Shown here: positions 13,663-25,660 of the stretch, one piece after another | Layout of the letters: every line of letters begins with the position of its first letter | Numbering within the stretch: the stretch's first letter is position 1 | NCBI GenBank assembly: GCA_051362555.1 | Contig: CM120643.1 | Coordinates: 29,268,848 to 29,332,847 of the forward strand | DNA: 64,000 nucleotides | Direction: 5' to 3' | DNA from: Lingula anatina | Lineage: Eukaryota; Animalia; Brachiopoda | Made by a program: the position numbers and the translations under genes | Notes under the pieces: model-generated | The model's input: the letters and a program-made list of their open reading frames with translations, nothing else | Told to the model about the DNA's origin: nothing | Databases searched by the model: none

Positions 13663-14666
13663 TCAATGGCGTGTATGACATCCGGCAGCCGCTTGCAGTG
13701 CCCTCATCCTGCATGGCATACACTGTGACAAGTTTTTTAGAGTTTGGATGGGGATATCATTTCACGCAGTGATATTTGCCTGTCGCAGTTCATCACTATT
13801 GACCGGCCGATGACCATAGCTATTAATTCTGTGAGTTACTTCTGCCCACAGATTTTCAATTGAGTTTTTATCTGGGGAGTTTGTAGGCCAGGGCAGTTGC
13901 TGAACCCATTGGTTTCGAAGAAAAACAGTGATTCTGTGAGCTCGATGTGGGGTTGCGCAGTCGTCTTGGTACCCAGTGTTGTTCCTGAAGATGACTCATA
14001 CAAATCGAAGCATTGTTTGCTGTAGAATGTCTCTGTAGGATCCCTGGTTGAGGTTGCCTCCTAGGAAAACCAACTGGTTCTGGGCACCGGCAGAAAGGTT
14101 ACCACCCCCTTCTTGCACCGTGGGCAGTACACAATCATTGTTTTATACCTCTTGTACACGTCGGCGAACACGGATTCGACCGTCAACCCTAAGAACTCCA
14201 TATCTGGCCTCGTCACCGAAAACGACGTGATTCCTGTGTTTTGGCTGCAAACGCACGTGGTCCCCAGCCCATTGCAGACGTCGCTGTATATGACCTGTTG
14301 TTAACAGTGGTTTCCCTACTGGTCTTCGTGCAAATTAACCGGCTTGCAGTAATCTCTTGTACACGAGAGACCTTGAAACGGGCGTTTGAATGACATTCTG
14401 CCACTCTTTTTTGAGGACACTGGTTGTCTTTGTACGACCAGCACGGCGCACTCTAAGGAGAAGGCGATCCTGTCTTCTAGGTGTGATACGCGGACACCCT
14501 GCTCAAGGTATTGGAGTAGGTGCCCCTGTTGTAGCATTTCTGTGGAAGACTTTACTAACGGTTCCTGATAAATGTTGCATTGCCTGGCAATGGCTGTCCG
14601 TTTCTGGCCATTTTCTCTGAGAGCAAGAATCCCATAGTAAGCTGCGTTGCTTAGCTGTCGAACCAT
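13663..14666 (-). pseudogene. Tc1-family transposase pseudogene
   Basis: Broken frames read MVRQLSNAAYYGILALRENG..AIARQ (HTH), VVFGDEAR, YQDDCATPH and WPTNSPDKNSIENLW, which match Tc1 DDE motifs. Multiple stops and frameshifts. Confidence 0.88.
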
Positions 14667-14989
14667 ATCTTCTTTAAGGTACCTGTCAAGTTTCAGAGCG
14701 ATTCCTTTGTTGCTTCTCTAAATACACTCCAAAGATTGGCCAAACCCATGCGTTTTTATACAAGGGCAGAAATTGCCGAAAAGACCACCCCTTACATTTC
14801 TGACCACAGAACATGCAACTGCATGCATCAATTGCTTCGAGAGTTTGTGGTAATTAGGTAATACACCTGGCTACACATGGAGTGACACCTCAGTTTTGGA
14901 TTTAAAGTAGTTAAAGAGAAAACAAATATTCTGTAGAAAATTTATTCGCCAAAAAATAATATTCCATATTTAGCAGTAAACCTGTATAC

Positions 14990-15014
14990 ACTGTTTGTCT
15001 CTTTGACTTGTCAT
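14990..15014 (-). pseudogene. Orphan SDR first exon (MTSQRDKQ) whose intron is split by the Tc1 insertion
   Basis: Homologous to the exon-1 copies at 30013 and 36545, including the upstream CCAGGTCGCCGCTTTCCATAC. Its intron continues on the far side of the transposon at 9335-9375. Confidence 0.7.
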
Positions 15015-15839
15015 GGTCCCGCTTGGTTGTGTATGGAAAGCGGCGACCTGGTGGATTAATTGGGAGAGGGAGTGGATAATGTAAAGATGCTGCACAACTG
15101 ATAAGAATGACATGTGGGATAACATTGATGTAATGAGTCTAGACAGCTATGCTTTGTAAGCTAAAGCGCATGGCAAAAATGACCAAGTATTAACTTAGTT
15201 ACGAGATATGAATTTAAGGTCATGTTCAATAGTTACGCAGTGGCGGATTTAGATGGGGGGGGGGGGGGGGGGGGGGTGTCAGGGGGTCACATTTTTTTGG
15301 CGGATTTTCAAAGTAATACTGGCAGCCTTTTTGTTTATCAGAATAACTGGACAGCAATGTTTGTTGCTGACCTGTCAGAGGCTCAATATTTGTGCAATGA
15401 TGTGTAAAAATTATATTTTGAAAGATATGGTAAGAATTGTTGTACTAGATTGTACATGAAGTTTCAGCTTATTTGACCCTGAAAGTTGAATAATCGCTAA
15501 TTCATTCATAATCTATGATTTGATTTTTGATACAGATACCAGTACCGTTTTCAAAATGAAAAAATCTTTATGTGACGGCTTCCAACAGCCACCTTCATTA
15601 TATGAATATTATAAAGAAAAATGAAATATGCTGTTTAGTTCCTCATGTTAATATCTTTCATATGGTTCTAGTCTCTTCCAATGGAGTATGCTTTTTATTT
15701 ATTCATTGAACTATTTTTCTTTCATTCTTTTTCTCTTAAAGGCGCATTAATAATGGTTGCATATCCATTTTAAAGCATTATGACATTTCTATTCAATCTG
15801 ATACATTTTCATGGAGATCATCTTGTATTAATATCCCTG

Positions 15840-18800
15840 CTACAGTGGCATCTCTCTTGGTTGAATGAGAACTTCATTGACCGCTACATCTTTTGGTTGC
15901 TTCAAGGCATATATCACTGCACGGGCAGCATCCTCTGCAGTGAGTTTGATACCCTCATCCATATATCTAAAGCATCTCTTACACTGAAAAGTTTAGATAA
16001 AATAATCCTTAAATTTGCGCTTTTTTAGGTTGAAAATTTGACTTACCAAATGTCCTTGCTTAAGCTGAAGCAGATTTTAAACCTTAAAGGAAGGACTACT
16101 ATATGTAAATAATTAATGAAAACGCATGCAAACTTGTTTTCAAACATTTTTCTTGTAAAACTGAATAGTTACTGACATAGTTCTTACTTCATCGTCCATT
16201 TTGGTGACTCTTTCAGCGAGTCCAGGTGTGTCCACTGGCCCCGGTTGGACGCTGGTCACCTTGACTCCATCACGACACATCTCTTGTCTCAGCGTATGTG
16301 ACATCCCTTCCAGGAAATGCTTAGTTCCAACATATATTGCCAAGCCTTGTAAAGGCTGAAAACCAACAGCAACAGAATATTGGTATCAATTAGTCATAAA
16401 CCAAATTTTAGCTTTCTTTTCACGAGAGAAAAAACTCTTAAAAATCAAGTGAATCTAAAAGGCATTCAGCCACATCTACATCTACACAACTTCAAGCCAG
16501 TGCGCATGCGGGGATTCGTGTCCCACCGCTGCCCCCAATTCCACGACAAATAAAGTGCCGTTTTTACAAAACAATTTAGCCTGAAATTTACCTGGTCACT
16601 TTTAGACCAAAATTTTGTTCTACCCCATTCGAAATAAATACTCATCGGACACAAATCATGTCTTTTGTATTATAAAGCAAATGCAGTATTTCATTCAAAT
16701 GGCAGAAAACCTTATTTACGACCAATTTTCGGGTAAAATTCCATTATAAAACAGGCCCCTGTCGCCTCAGTCCTTGGGCAACATCCTAAAAGTGACCATG
16801 CGCAAAAGCGATTTTGGTAACACTCTCGTAAGCGTTTTCACATCTTTTTACACAAATTAGTATAAAAATTATTAGATACGTTATTTGCTGTTTCAAGGTA
16901 CTTGTACCATGATAAAATGGTAATGATGGAATTCCATGTGACCAATTCTAATAATTACCATTCTTCCGGCATCTGATGACACGTTGACAATATGCCCGCT
17001 TCTTCTCTCACACATACCACTTATCACTGCTCCGATACAATTAAGAACGCCCTGAAAAATAGTTCATAACATCTGGATATACTTGACTCATATTAAAATA
17101 TGTTAAATACTTTTAAGTGCATGCTATTCTATGCATTTGTAAAGAACTCTAGAATGTATGAATAAATAAACTAGAAAATCACTCAGAGAGCGCAGACATC
17201 CGCCAAGGCAGCTAAGTGGTTCATCTTATGTCGTTTCACTCCTAAATTTTCATTTTATAATAATTTAGTATTTTGATTTTTGATTATTGATTGATTATGA
17301 ATCCGGATCATCACCAAAAGCTAATCATGTGTTCCTTGCCCCGCTTCTGACAGTTCCTGAAAATTTTATCAAAATCGGTCCATAACCTTTTCTGTAATGT
17401 AGCATTATTATTTTTTGATGTTTGACTATTGATTATTGATCCGGATCACCACCAAAAACTAAGCACTTCTAAGTTAACCTGACTTACGCCGAAAATTCCA
17501 ACGAAGTTCATCCATAACTTTTGGAGAAATGTTGATGACAAACAATCAGACAGGCAAACAAACAAACAGGGGTGAAAACATAACCTTCTTGGTGGAGGTA
17601 TTTAGAAAAGAAGATTATATGTCCTCAAGAATTATGTTTGCGTCAGGAATGTTCTTTTTTTACTTTAGTTTATCACATTCCAGTGCCTTGTTGCTACATG
17701 TTCCCATGTCGTTTTATTTAAGAACTATTTTACAAAAATCAAGAATTTTAATAAGTTACACCATCTGTTTAAAGAAAAGAATCCAAGAAATCTCAGGGTC
17801 AGCAACAATTTTTTAATCCCAATAGTGAAAACGGAGTGTTTAAATCATCCTTTATAATGCACAGTCTTTTAAATTTCATGTAAAATACTGCTCCAAAATG
17901 TCTTATAAGTCTTGTTTTAAAGCTTTGGTCTTTTAGTTTATAATTTATAGTTACTTTTAAATACCTTATGATTTTATTTATGATACATTGTAAAACCTCA
18001 ACCTTTGGGTTGCGATTTTAGCAAAAAAATTATTATTATTATTATTAAAGAATATTAAAGTAGATTACAATTCTCCTTTTTAGGTTAAGACCAACTGCAG
18101 ACTGAATGTCTCTTGAAAACTTCAATTTAGTTTTGAAGGATCCATTCACTAACTAGTCCGAGGGTCAAATATGGCGACCCACTACAAAGCTTGCTGTCTA
18201 ACCCGCTAATAGGCACTGAATAGATATCCCTTGGGGAAGTATTTAAGTGGGTCGGCCATATTTGACCCTTGGACTAGTTAGTCCCCTATTCTGAATGGGA
18301 CCTAAGCCTATTTTGACATCAAAATATTAGTTTTACCTTAATGTTAACGTCAACTATCTCTTCCCACAGGTCTTCTTTGGCATATTTCATGAAGGTGTAG
18401 TGCCACACCCCGGCATTGTTGACAAGAATATCTACCGGACCAAACGTGTTCTCTGTCTGCTTTATCATTTCTTTGACCTTTAAGTAAGCGTGAAACAATC
18501 TTTATTATACAAAATTGACGGACTACTATGTGTTGGATATCCCTTTAAAAATTAACTACTTGTAAATATCCTATTGACTGTTTGGAAAGTTTGGAGAGAG
18601 AGAGAGGTGGCCCGATGCTCAAAATCATACCTCACTTCTTTTGGTTACGTCGCATGTCACAGCGATCACAACGCCGCCTTCTTTCTCGATTGTTTCTTTT
18701 GTCTCCAATAACAGTTTTTCTCCCCTGGCTACTAGGACAACTTTGGCGCCCTCTGCTGCCAACATTTTAGATATGGCCGCACCAATCCCAAATGAGGCTC

Positions 18801-19664
18801 CTGTTACCACGGCAACCTTCCCAGATAGAGGATTGTCTTCTGAAAAAGTCAAAGCACCTAAAATTTTCAAAAGCTTATAGCACGTATTGCTTTTTCACAG
18901 ATGCTTATTTGGAAAATATGGAGATCAAATAAACGATTTTTAAAAATGTTTGTTGTATGACTATGTTTCAGCCACTTATTATTGTTTGCTTAATAAGGTG
19001 AATTCAGTTAAAGAACTGATGTCATAATTACACTGAATAGATCTTCAAAGATATTAAAACATGATAAAAATCTTTGTTTTTATTTATTAGTCGGAAAAGT
19101 AGGGAAGTAATCAAAGAAGAATGACCTGGAAAAATATTCCATATAAAATGTCAAGTCTGTACATATAAGGACTGGGAGGGAGGGTTAATAAAGTGTAGAC
19201 AACCACTCTCTGAAGAAATAACTAGGTCACATTGTGATTTGTATAGGAAGGGGTGCAGACATCTAAAAGATACAAACCAACTTTTCACGTGACTTGTACA
19301 TGTATTTAAGGTCGTCTACAGAGGGGTCATAACGATAGATTCCTGCATGACAAAACCCGGCGTCGTAAGAGACCCTCTTAACATTCCTGTGAACAGACAT
19401 ATTATAGGTGAAGTTGCCCCCAATTTCGAACGCTGAGGTCATAGGTGCAATAAATAAACTTTAATTCAGACGTGATAAGAATATTGACGATATTACAAAG
19501 AAAACGCAACTAACATAAGTGGATAAAAAAGAGTTCTAAACGTGCGCACGTGCGCATGTGAGAGAGAGTGAGGGATGAGAGGGCACATATAGAGGGAAGT
19601 CAACCATTCCCCGAAATGAAAGAAGCAATTCAACTTTACCTTGCTTGTTGGTTTGATTTGCCAT
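15840..19664 (-). CDS. Classical SDR oxidoreductase, copy 2 (inverted, ~259 aa)
   Basis: Exons 19664-19640, 18839-18631, 18477-18337, 17051-16959, 16355-16188 and 15983-15840; same sizes as copy 1. Motifs TGASFGIG, NVSSDAGR, YVGTK. Confidence 0.88.
17169..17600. mobile_element. HINE-like family A, copy 3
   Basis: AACTAGAAAATCACTCAGAGAGCGCAGACATCCGCCAAGG ... CTTCTTGGTGGAGGTA, with an internal duplicated core and (AAAC)n. Confidence 0.65.
18138..18302. mobile_element. Foldback MITE (PIF/Harbinger-like), related to 32652 and 38159
   Basis: Inverted arms TAACTAGTCCGAGGGTCAAATATGGCGACCCACT / AGTGGGTCGGCCATATTTGACCCTTGGACTAGTTA. Termini GGATCCATTCA ... TGAATGGGACC. Confidence 0.6.
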
Positions 19665-20541
19665 AGTACTGCAGTTTCTTAAGCAGACTGGTTTTGTATG
19701 GAAAGCAGTGACCTGGTGGATTGACTCTGAGTGAAGAAGTACCAGACTCCCTGCACTACTGGTATATAAGGCTGATTATGGGTGAACTCTAACGTAATGT
19801 GTTTTATATAGATATATTGAGTAAGCTTACGCGCACAGTGTAAATAAGTAGGTCAATATTAAAGTACACCTGTAGTTACGTGATCTGCAAACATTGAGGG
19901 GGGGGGGTGATCACAGTTCACGGGAAATAAAACCATCAATTTAGAAATAACGGGAAATGAACCTTGCAAATCACAATTCAAGGTAAATAACAAAAAAGTT
20001 CTTCCACCAAAATTAATGTTCAAACACAGTGTGCTGAAGCTTTGTAAACTGGGTATATACAAAACAGCTAGATCTAATATTTAAATAAACCAAGTTGCTT
20101 GCGTTTTTTTCCTCTTTGCTCATATTTAAGTGAATGATCCGATGTCTCTGTTAAAATGGTATACTGTTACAGAGATAGATTTAGAGCTACTTTCTTACAT
20201 CATATACACAAATTAACAATACGGCAGTCTGCCCACCCCAACCCCATCAAATTTTGACTTCCCGTCTAAGGAAACTGCGGTTGGACTTAACTTGTATGTT
20301 ACCAGGGTTTGACTGAATATTGACTTAATATTATGCACAGTGGGCTAAATAACATTATTTTATTCGCATATGATAGAAATCACAGTACAAAGAACACAAA
20401 GTTTAACATGTGTACATGATAGTGAATAGCAGAAAAGCTATTTAAAATGATAAAGAAATTGCATAACAAATAATTTTTCAAAATTACAGTAAGTATCATA
20501 CTAATACCAACAACAATAACCATTATACATCAGTCTTTCAG

Positions 20542-20900
20542 TGTAAGAACCTCTACGGTACCTTCCAAGCTTACGACAGATACTGCCGCCAGAGCTGTTA
20601 TATATAGGGGCCTACCTTGAAACAGCCGACAGATACGACAGTCAATGAAATGCTCTTCATGCCACAGGTATTTCCTATTTAACTAAGTAATAAATAATAT
20701 TAATAATATTAACTTATACTACGGAAAATGCAGTGAATTCGGACATTAAATTCCTAAATCTTGGAGTGCCAGTAAAAGATGGAGAAGAATCTTATTATGG
20801 ATTGAGATCACTGAAAATAATAGTGTTGTACACTAGCTGCACGTGGGTTTGGGACAATTAAAGAGCTTTTTGTATTTTAACCCGAATAAGCCTCACCTAT
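20542..20900 (+). pseudogene. Relic of SDR copy 1 last exon plus 3' UTR
   Basis: Aligns to 8029-8380, with a deletion and a TAGGGGCCTA insertion in the coding part. No upstream exons seen. Confidence 0.85.
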
Positions 20901-20932
20901 CACCCTTCAGTGGGCCCCGAACCCCACGCCAA

Positions 20933-20968
<36 letters not shown>

Positions 20969-21893
20969 CGAGGTGGGCTTCGCATCCGCAGCCTGTAATT
21001 CCTAAAATAACGGACCTCTTCAAATAATCCTGGATCCGCCTCTGCTCACCTTGCCTTATAAATGATGAGCAAGCACTGGCAATTTCACTGGGAAAACCTG
21101 ACAGTGCAGTGACCTTTGGTAGTTCGGCTGACACATACATAAGAGAAGTTCGGAAGGTGCTATCAGCAGATTGACTAGTGTTTGACAGATACAGGGAAGA
21201 AACAATAAAAGGTGATACTCGGACACGATTCACAAAGTCAGTGCTACCCATCAGACAAGACATCTGATTTATCACATTCCCTGACCCTGAGAACATAGGT
21301 GTAGACACTTCATGTGTCATGTTTGCTTGCCTAGTTACAGAGATACAGAAGTAAAACGGTTTTTCAGTAATGGCCATCCTAATTTGCATATTTAGAAAAA
21401 TTGTGTAAATCTAATTCTAACAGAAATATCTTAATAATGTTCCTCGACCCTGAAAATATAGGTAAAGACACTTTATTTGTCATATTCGCCTGTCTAGTTA
21501 CAGAGATATTGCAGAAAATTAGAAACCTGGCGGTCATTTTGTTTTTTGCAAATTAGACAGTTAAAAACGCAAAATTTCGCTTGAGAACCGGGTTAATCGG
21601 ATTCAGCATGCCAAAATTATGCTAATAAGCCTGGTTACCAACTTTTACCCCAAAATACCCCTTGCTTCTTATACAGGGCCTTTTTTCAAAAATCCCACTA
21701 GACCAATAGATGTTTTGAAATTCAAACCACACATGACCTACTTCTTTACTTTTCATGTGCGTCCGTCTACTCTGCGTTGTACCACGTCAGTCTTTGATAT
21801 TAGTGGTGCAACGTCCAGGGTTAATTTTATTCCCTCTGTCTCTCGGTTCATTCACCAGGTACAAAACCAGTCTGCTGCGGGACCTGGAGTGCA

Positions 21894-24668
21894 ATGGCGA
21901 CGCAAACTGGCAAGCAAGACACAGGTGCGTTAACAGATTACTTCAGCAGTGGCGGTTTTAGTGGGGGGGGGGGGGGGGGGGGGGGGTCAGGGGGGTCCTG
22001 ACCCCCCCCCCCCCCTTCAGTTTCTGAAAAATATATCACACCAATAATCCCCTCTTGAAATGAGAGTTTTGACCAGCTAAACCATAGTTCTAAATCGTAC
22101 CAATAGGCGCTGTTTGCTCACCATATCACCAAAAATTTTGGGGCCTTTGAGCAGGCCCCGAACCCCACACGATGGTCGGCTTCGCATCCGAGGCTTGCCG
22201 TTCCGCCCCCCCCCCCCCCCCCCCTTTAAATAATCCTGAATCCGCCACTGTACAGGGAATGGTTGGCTATCCTCTGCCAGCACCAGGTCTTATAAACGGA
22301 TTAGGTGTTTGCTGGGGTAATTTGTCGATGGGATACTTAATTTGTGGCTGGAGTCGTTAACTTGAGAGTTTGTGCTCCAAAGCTTTATGCTTGAGTTAGC
22401 AAACGGCAATTATCGTTTACAAGGCCTAATTACGTACCCACCCACTGCTTTAGTAGGTTGGAAAATGTGAATTGATTTATAAGAGGCTGTGATAACACCA
22501 AGTCCAGTATAGGCTCCTGTTATCGTAGTTATCATTTCCCTTTGTTCTATTATTATTGTTATCATTTGTTGAAAGGATCGGAATTATTTTACGTACTATA
22601 CATGGACATTATTTATTTGTATGAAAATAAAGTGAATACCAGTCAGCAGAATGGTTATGTCTTACGCATTGCCCTCTGACGCAGATTATTATTTTTATTT
22701 ATTTCTCCCAATTTTGTCAGCGGACAGTATCTGCATATACGTCTAACAAAAAATGAAATATATGCATCCATTGGATTTTCCAGAAGACAGACCTCTATTT
22801 GGCAAGGTTGCCGTGGTAACAGGGGCTTCATTTGGGATTGGTGCGGCCATATCTAAAATGTTGGCAGCAGAGGGTGCTAAAGTTGTTTTGGTAGCCAGGG
22901 GAGAAAAAATGTTATTAGAGACAAAAGACAAAATCGAGAAAGAAGGTGGTGTAGCATTAGCCGTGAAATGTGATGTGACAAAAAGGAACGAGGTACAAAA
23001 GTGGCTTCCGTCCTTCTCTCGTCCATCTCTCTCTCAATGCCGTATTCTCTAATCTGTTATGTGTTATACATATATTGCTAATCTGAACTTTTAAGATAGT
23101 AAAAATACAACATCATGGTTACATCTTGTATTTCAGAGTCATTTGTGTACTGATGGACTGATGAAATATTAGTTTTTGTACAAACTTTTAGGTCAAAGAA
23201 ATGATAAAGCGTTCAGAGAGTACATTTGGTCCGGTAGATATTCTTGTCAACAATGCCGGCTTGTGGCACTTCACCTATATGAAATATGCCAAAGAAGACC
23301 TGTGGGAAGAGATAGTTGACGTTAAAATTAAGGTATAACCTAAATTTATAACAATATTATAAAAGTTTGACTTCTACCGATGTACTGTGGTTCAAAGTGT
23401 ACAAACGGGTCTACAAATCTGACCAACTTTCGACCGAGGTCTTGGAACGATTTTACAAAAAAAAAAAATAAAATAAAATAAATTCCTTTGGTTGTCTCCA
23501 TCCGATTATTGCGTACTTCTTTAATCTAGTCTACATCTGTAATAGTGAAGAAACAGATGGTCTAAAACTTAAATCGCGTGTACCTTGACAATATATTGTT
23601 TTCATTTTAAAAAAGTGCTTTAAGCTATATCAAAGACATCTTTTCTCTAGGGCGTTTTAAATTGCATTGGGGCTGTGATCAATGACATGTGTGAAAGAAA
23701 AGGAGGACATATTATCAACGTATCAGGAGTCAGAGATCTGGTAAAATATAAACTGGTTAAATTCTATTTAAGTTTGAGTATGTCATACTGTAGATTAAGT
23801 GTATTTTAGATTTATTTCTATTTTCTTTCTTATTTCTAACTAATTTATTATTTATCATTTATATTCCTTATAACTTATTTTTGAGGGATACAAATATTTG
23901 AGAGATGTATTTTCTCTAATAGAAAGATTTTAAATCAGTAACAAATAGGTGACCTAGGAGAAGTAACTGTGACACTCATAATGTGGTTCTATTGTTTTCT
24001 AGCCTTTGAAAGGGTTGGCTGTGTATTCTGGTGCGAAGTATTTCTTGGAGGGGATGACACGAACGCTAAGACAGGAGGTGTGTCAGGAGGGTGTCAAGGT
24101 GACCAATGTCCACCTGGGTCCAGTGGACACGCCCGGACTGGCTGCCTCTGTATCCAAGATGGACGATGAGGTAAGAACTGTTAACAATACATTATATCAC
24201 TTTTGACATTCTAGTTCTTGCAAAGTTTCAAATGAAGTTTGAGTCTTAAGCTAGTCAAGATATGTCGCATTGTGAGATTGGTGAAATAGTGGCTGAACTA
24301 CCCCATGAAGAGGAATTTTGATAATCATCATGTAATCATTATACGTTATATTTGGCACCGTTGACACGCTCATAAGGAATACAAAGAATTAAGTTTATAA
24401 GTGTTACCCACAGTTAGCCAGATATAATTGTATTTTAAGGTTCCAATTTACATTTTTCCAAGGCATATTACCAATAAACTTAGATTTGAATCTTGACAGT
24501 GACATGCATATTCCAATGTCTTTTCAGTGTAAGAACCTGTACAATTTTGCCGAAAGTACCAATCTTACTGCGGATGCTTCTGCTCGTGCAGTTATACAAG
24601 CTTTGAAACAACCTCAAGATGTGGCAGTCAATGACGTTTGTCTCGTGCCGCAAGCGTTTGCAGTTTAG
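21894..24668 (+). CDS. SDR oxidoreductase, copy 3 (~259 aa; atypical active site)
   Basis: Exons 21894-21924, 22784-22992, 23192-23332, 23651-23740, 24003-24170 and 24528-24668, in frame. YSGAK is retained, but NVSGVRDL and DVKIK deviate from the other copies. Confidence 0.85.
21947..22250. mobile_element. MITE with CAGTGGCGG termini and poly-G/poly-C tracts (hAT-like)
   Basis: CAGTGGCGG ... CCGCCACTG; absent from paralogous intron 1 of copy 4. Related fragments at ~8868, 15239, 20908-21043, 29746-29943, 41780 and 57103. Confidence 0.7.
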
Positions 24669-25660
24669 TTGATAGCATGTAACTAAGATTTATGTCAAGA
24701 AAAGTTTGACAAGCGAGAAAAAGGAAGTGATGTTTCTACCTCTATGAAAAAGCCCACAGACAAGACTTCAATGTGAGAACTTCACCGCGTCAAATGCTTC
24801 ACCAAATCAATCCACAAACTAAGAAATAAACATTTTACCAAAAAAAAAAAAAAAAAAAAAAAAAGCCTGAATATTATGGAAAAAAATTGTCCGAATGTAG
24901 CTCCTGCGCTCGACTCGGCTTCTGGTGTGTCTCTGTAACCCAGATATGATGCTGTTATGGATGAATTTTGTCCTTTATATATAAGATACTGTGCAGTGTC
25001 AAATTTTAACCCCAATTGACAAGTGTTAACAACTCTTGTGATGTGAAAATTGAAATACGACATACGCAGACTCTCCAAATATAGGCACTTTGAGATTCAG
25101 CTGAGCGGTGTTTCTAATCTAAGCACCCCTTTTCTCTCTTATCTAAGATATCGTGGTACCTGCAAGGTTGGCTCTGGTTACTGAATTTACCACGCACTTT
25201 GATTATTTCTATTATCAGGTAGCAGTAGAAAGCATGTGCTCTTAATACATGCTGCAATGCATCCACTGCTTATCTAATTTATCTCGACCCGACCTCGTAT
25301 ATGCTCTTCCGATGAATTTTCTTAGGAAATCTTAAACCAAAAAGGTCACAGCACATCTTTTTAAGCAACATTCTTGAGCATGACCCATGGGACCTCGATA
25401 CCTCGGCGCAGACATTCATTACTTTCACGCCTGTATATATCAATGGGTAATGTACATCAATAGACATTTTGAAATTCAAACCACACATGACCTAATTCTT
25501 TACTTTTTTTATGCGTCTGTCTACTCTGCGTTGTACCACGTCTGCCTTTCATATCAGTGGTGCAACGTCCAGGGTTTATTTCATTCCCTCCGTCTCTCGG
25601 TCGATCCACCAGGCCCCCGCTTCCTATACAAAACCAGTCTGCTGCACGACCTGTAGTGCA

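Larger units (their letters stand above)
9376..14984 (-). mobile_element. Tc1/mariner DNA transposon (defective), expanded by a nested ~4 kb insertion
   Basis: TIR CAGGGTTACTACTTAATATGGAATATTATTT at 9376, with inverted counterpart AAATAATATTCCATATTTAGCAGTAAACCTG ending at 14984. TA on both flanks. Transposase remnant at 13663-14666. A short sibling lies at 41829-42419. Confidence 0.88.

Noticed and set aside
22753-22783. ATG starts at 6008, 22753 and 26154 suggested by the ORF track
   Set aside because: A conserved TTT(C/T)CAG acceptor and a conserved upstream phase-1 ATG exon exist for all copies, so these ATGs are probably intronic. Minor use is not excluded.
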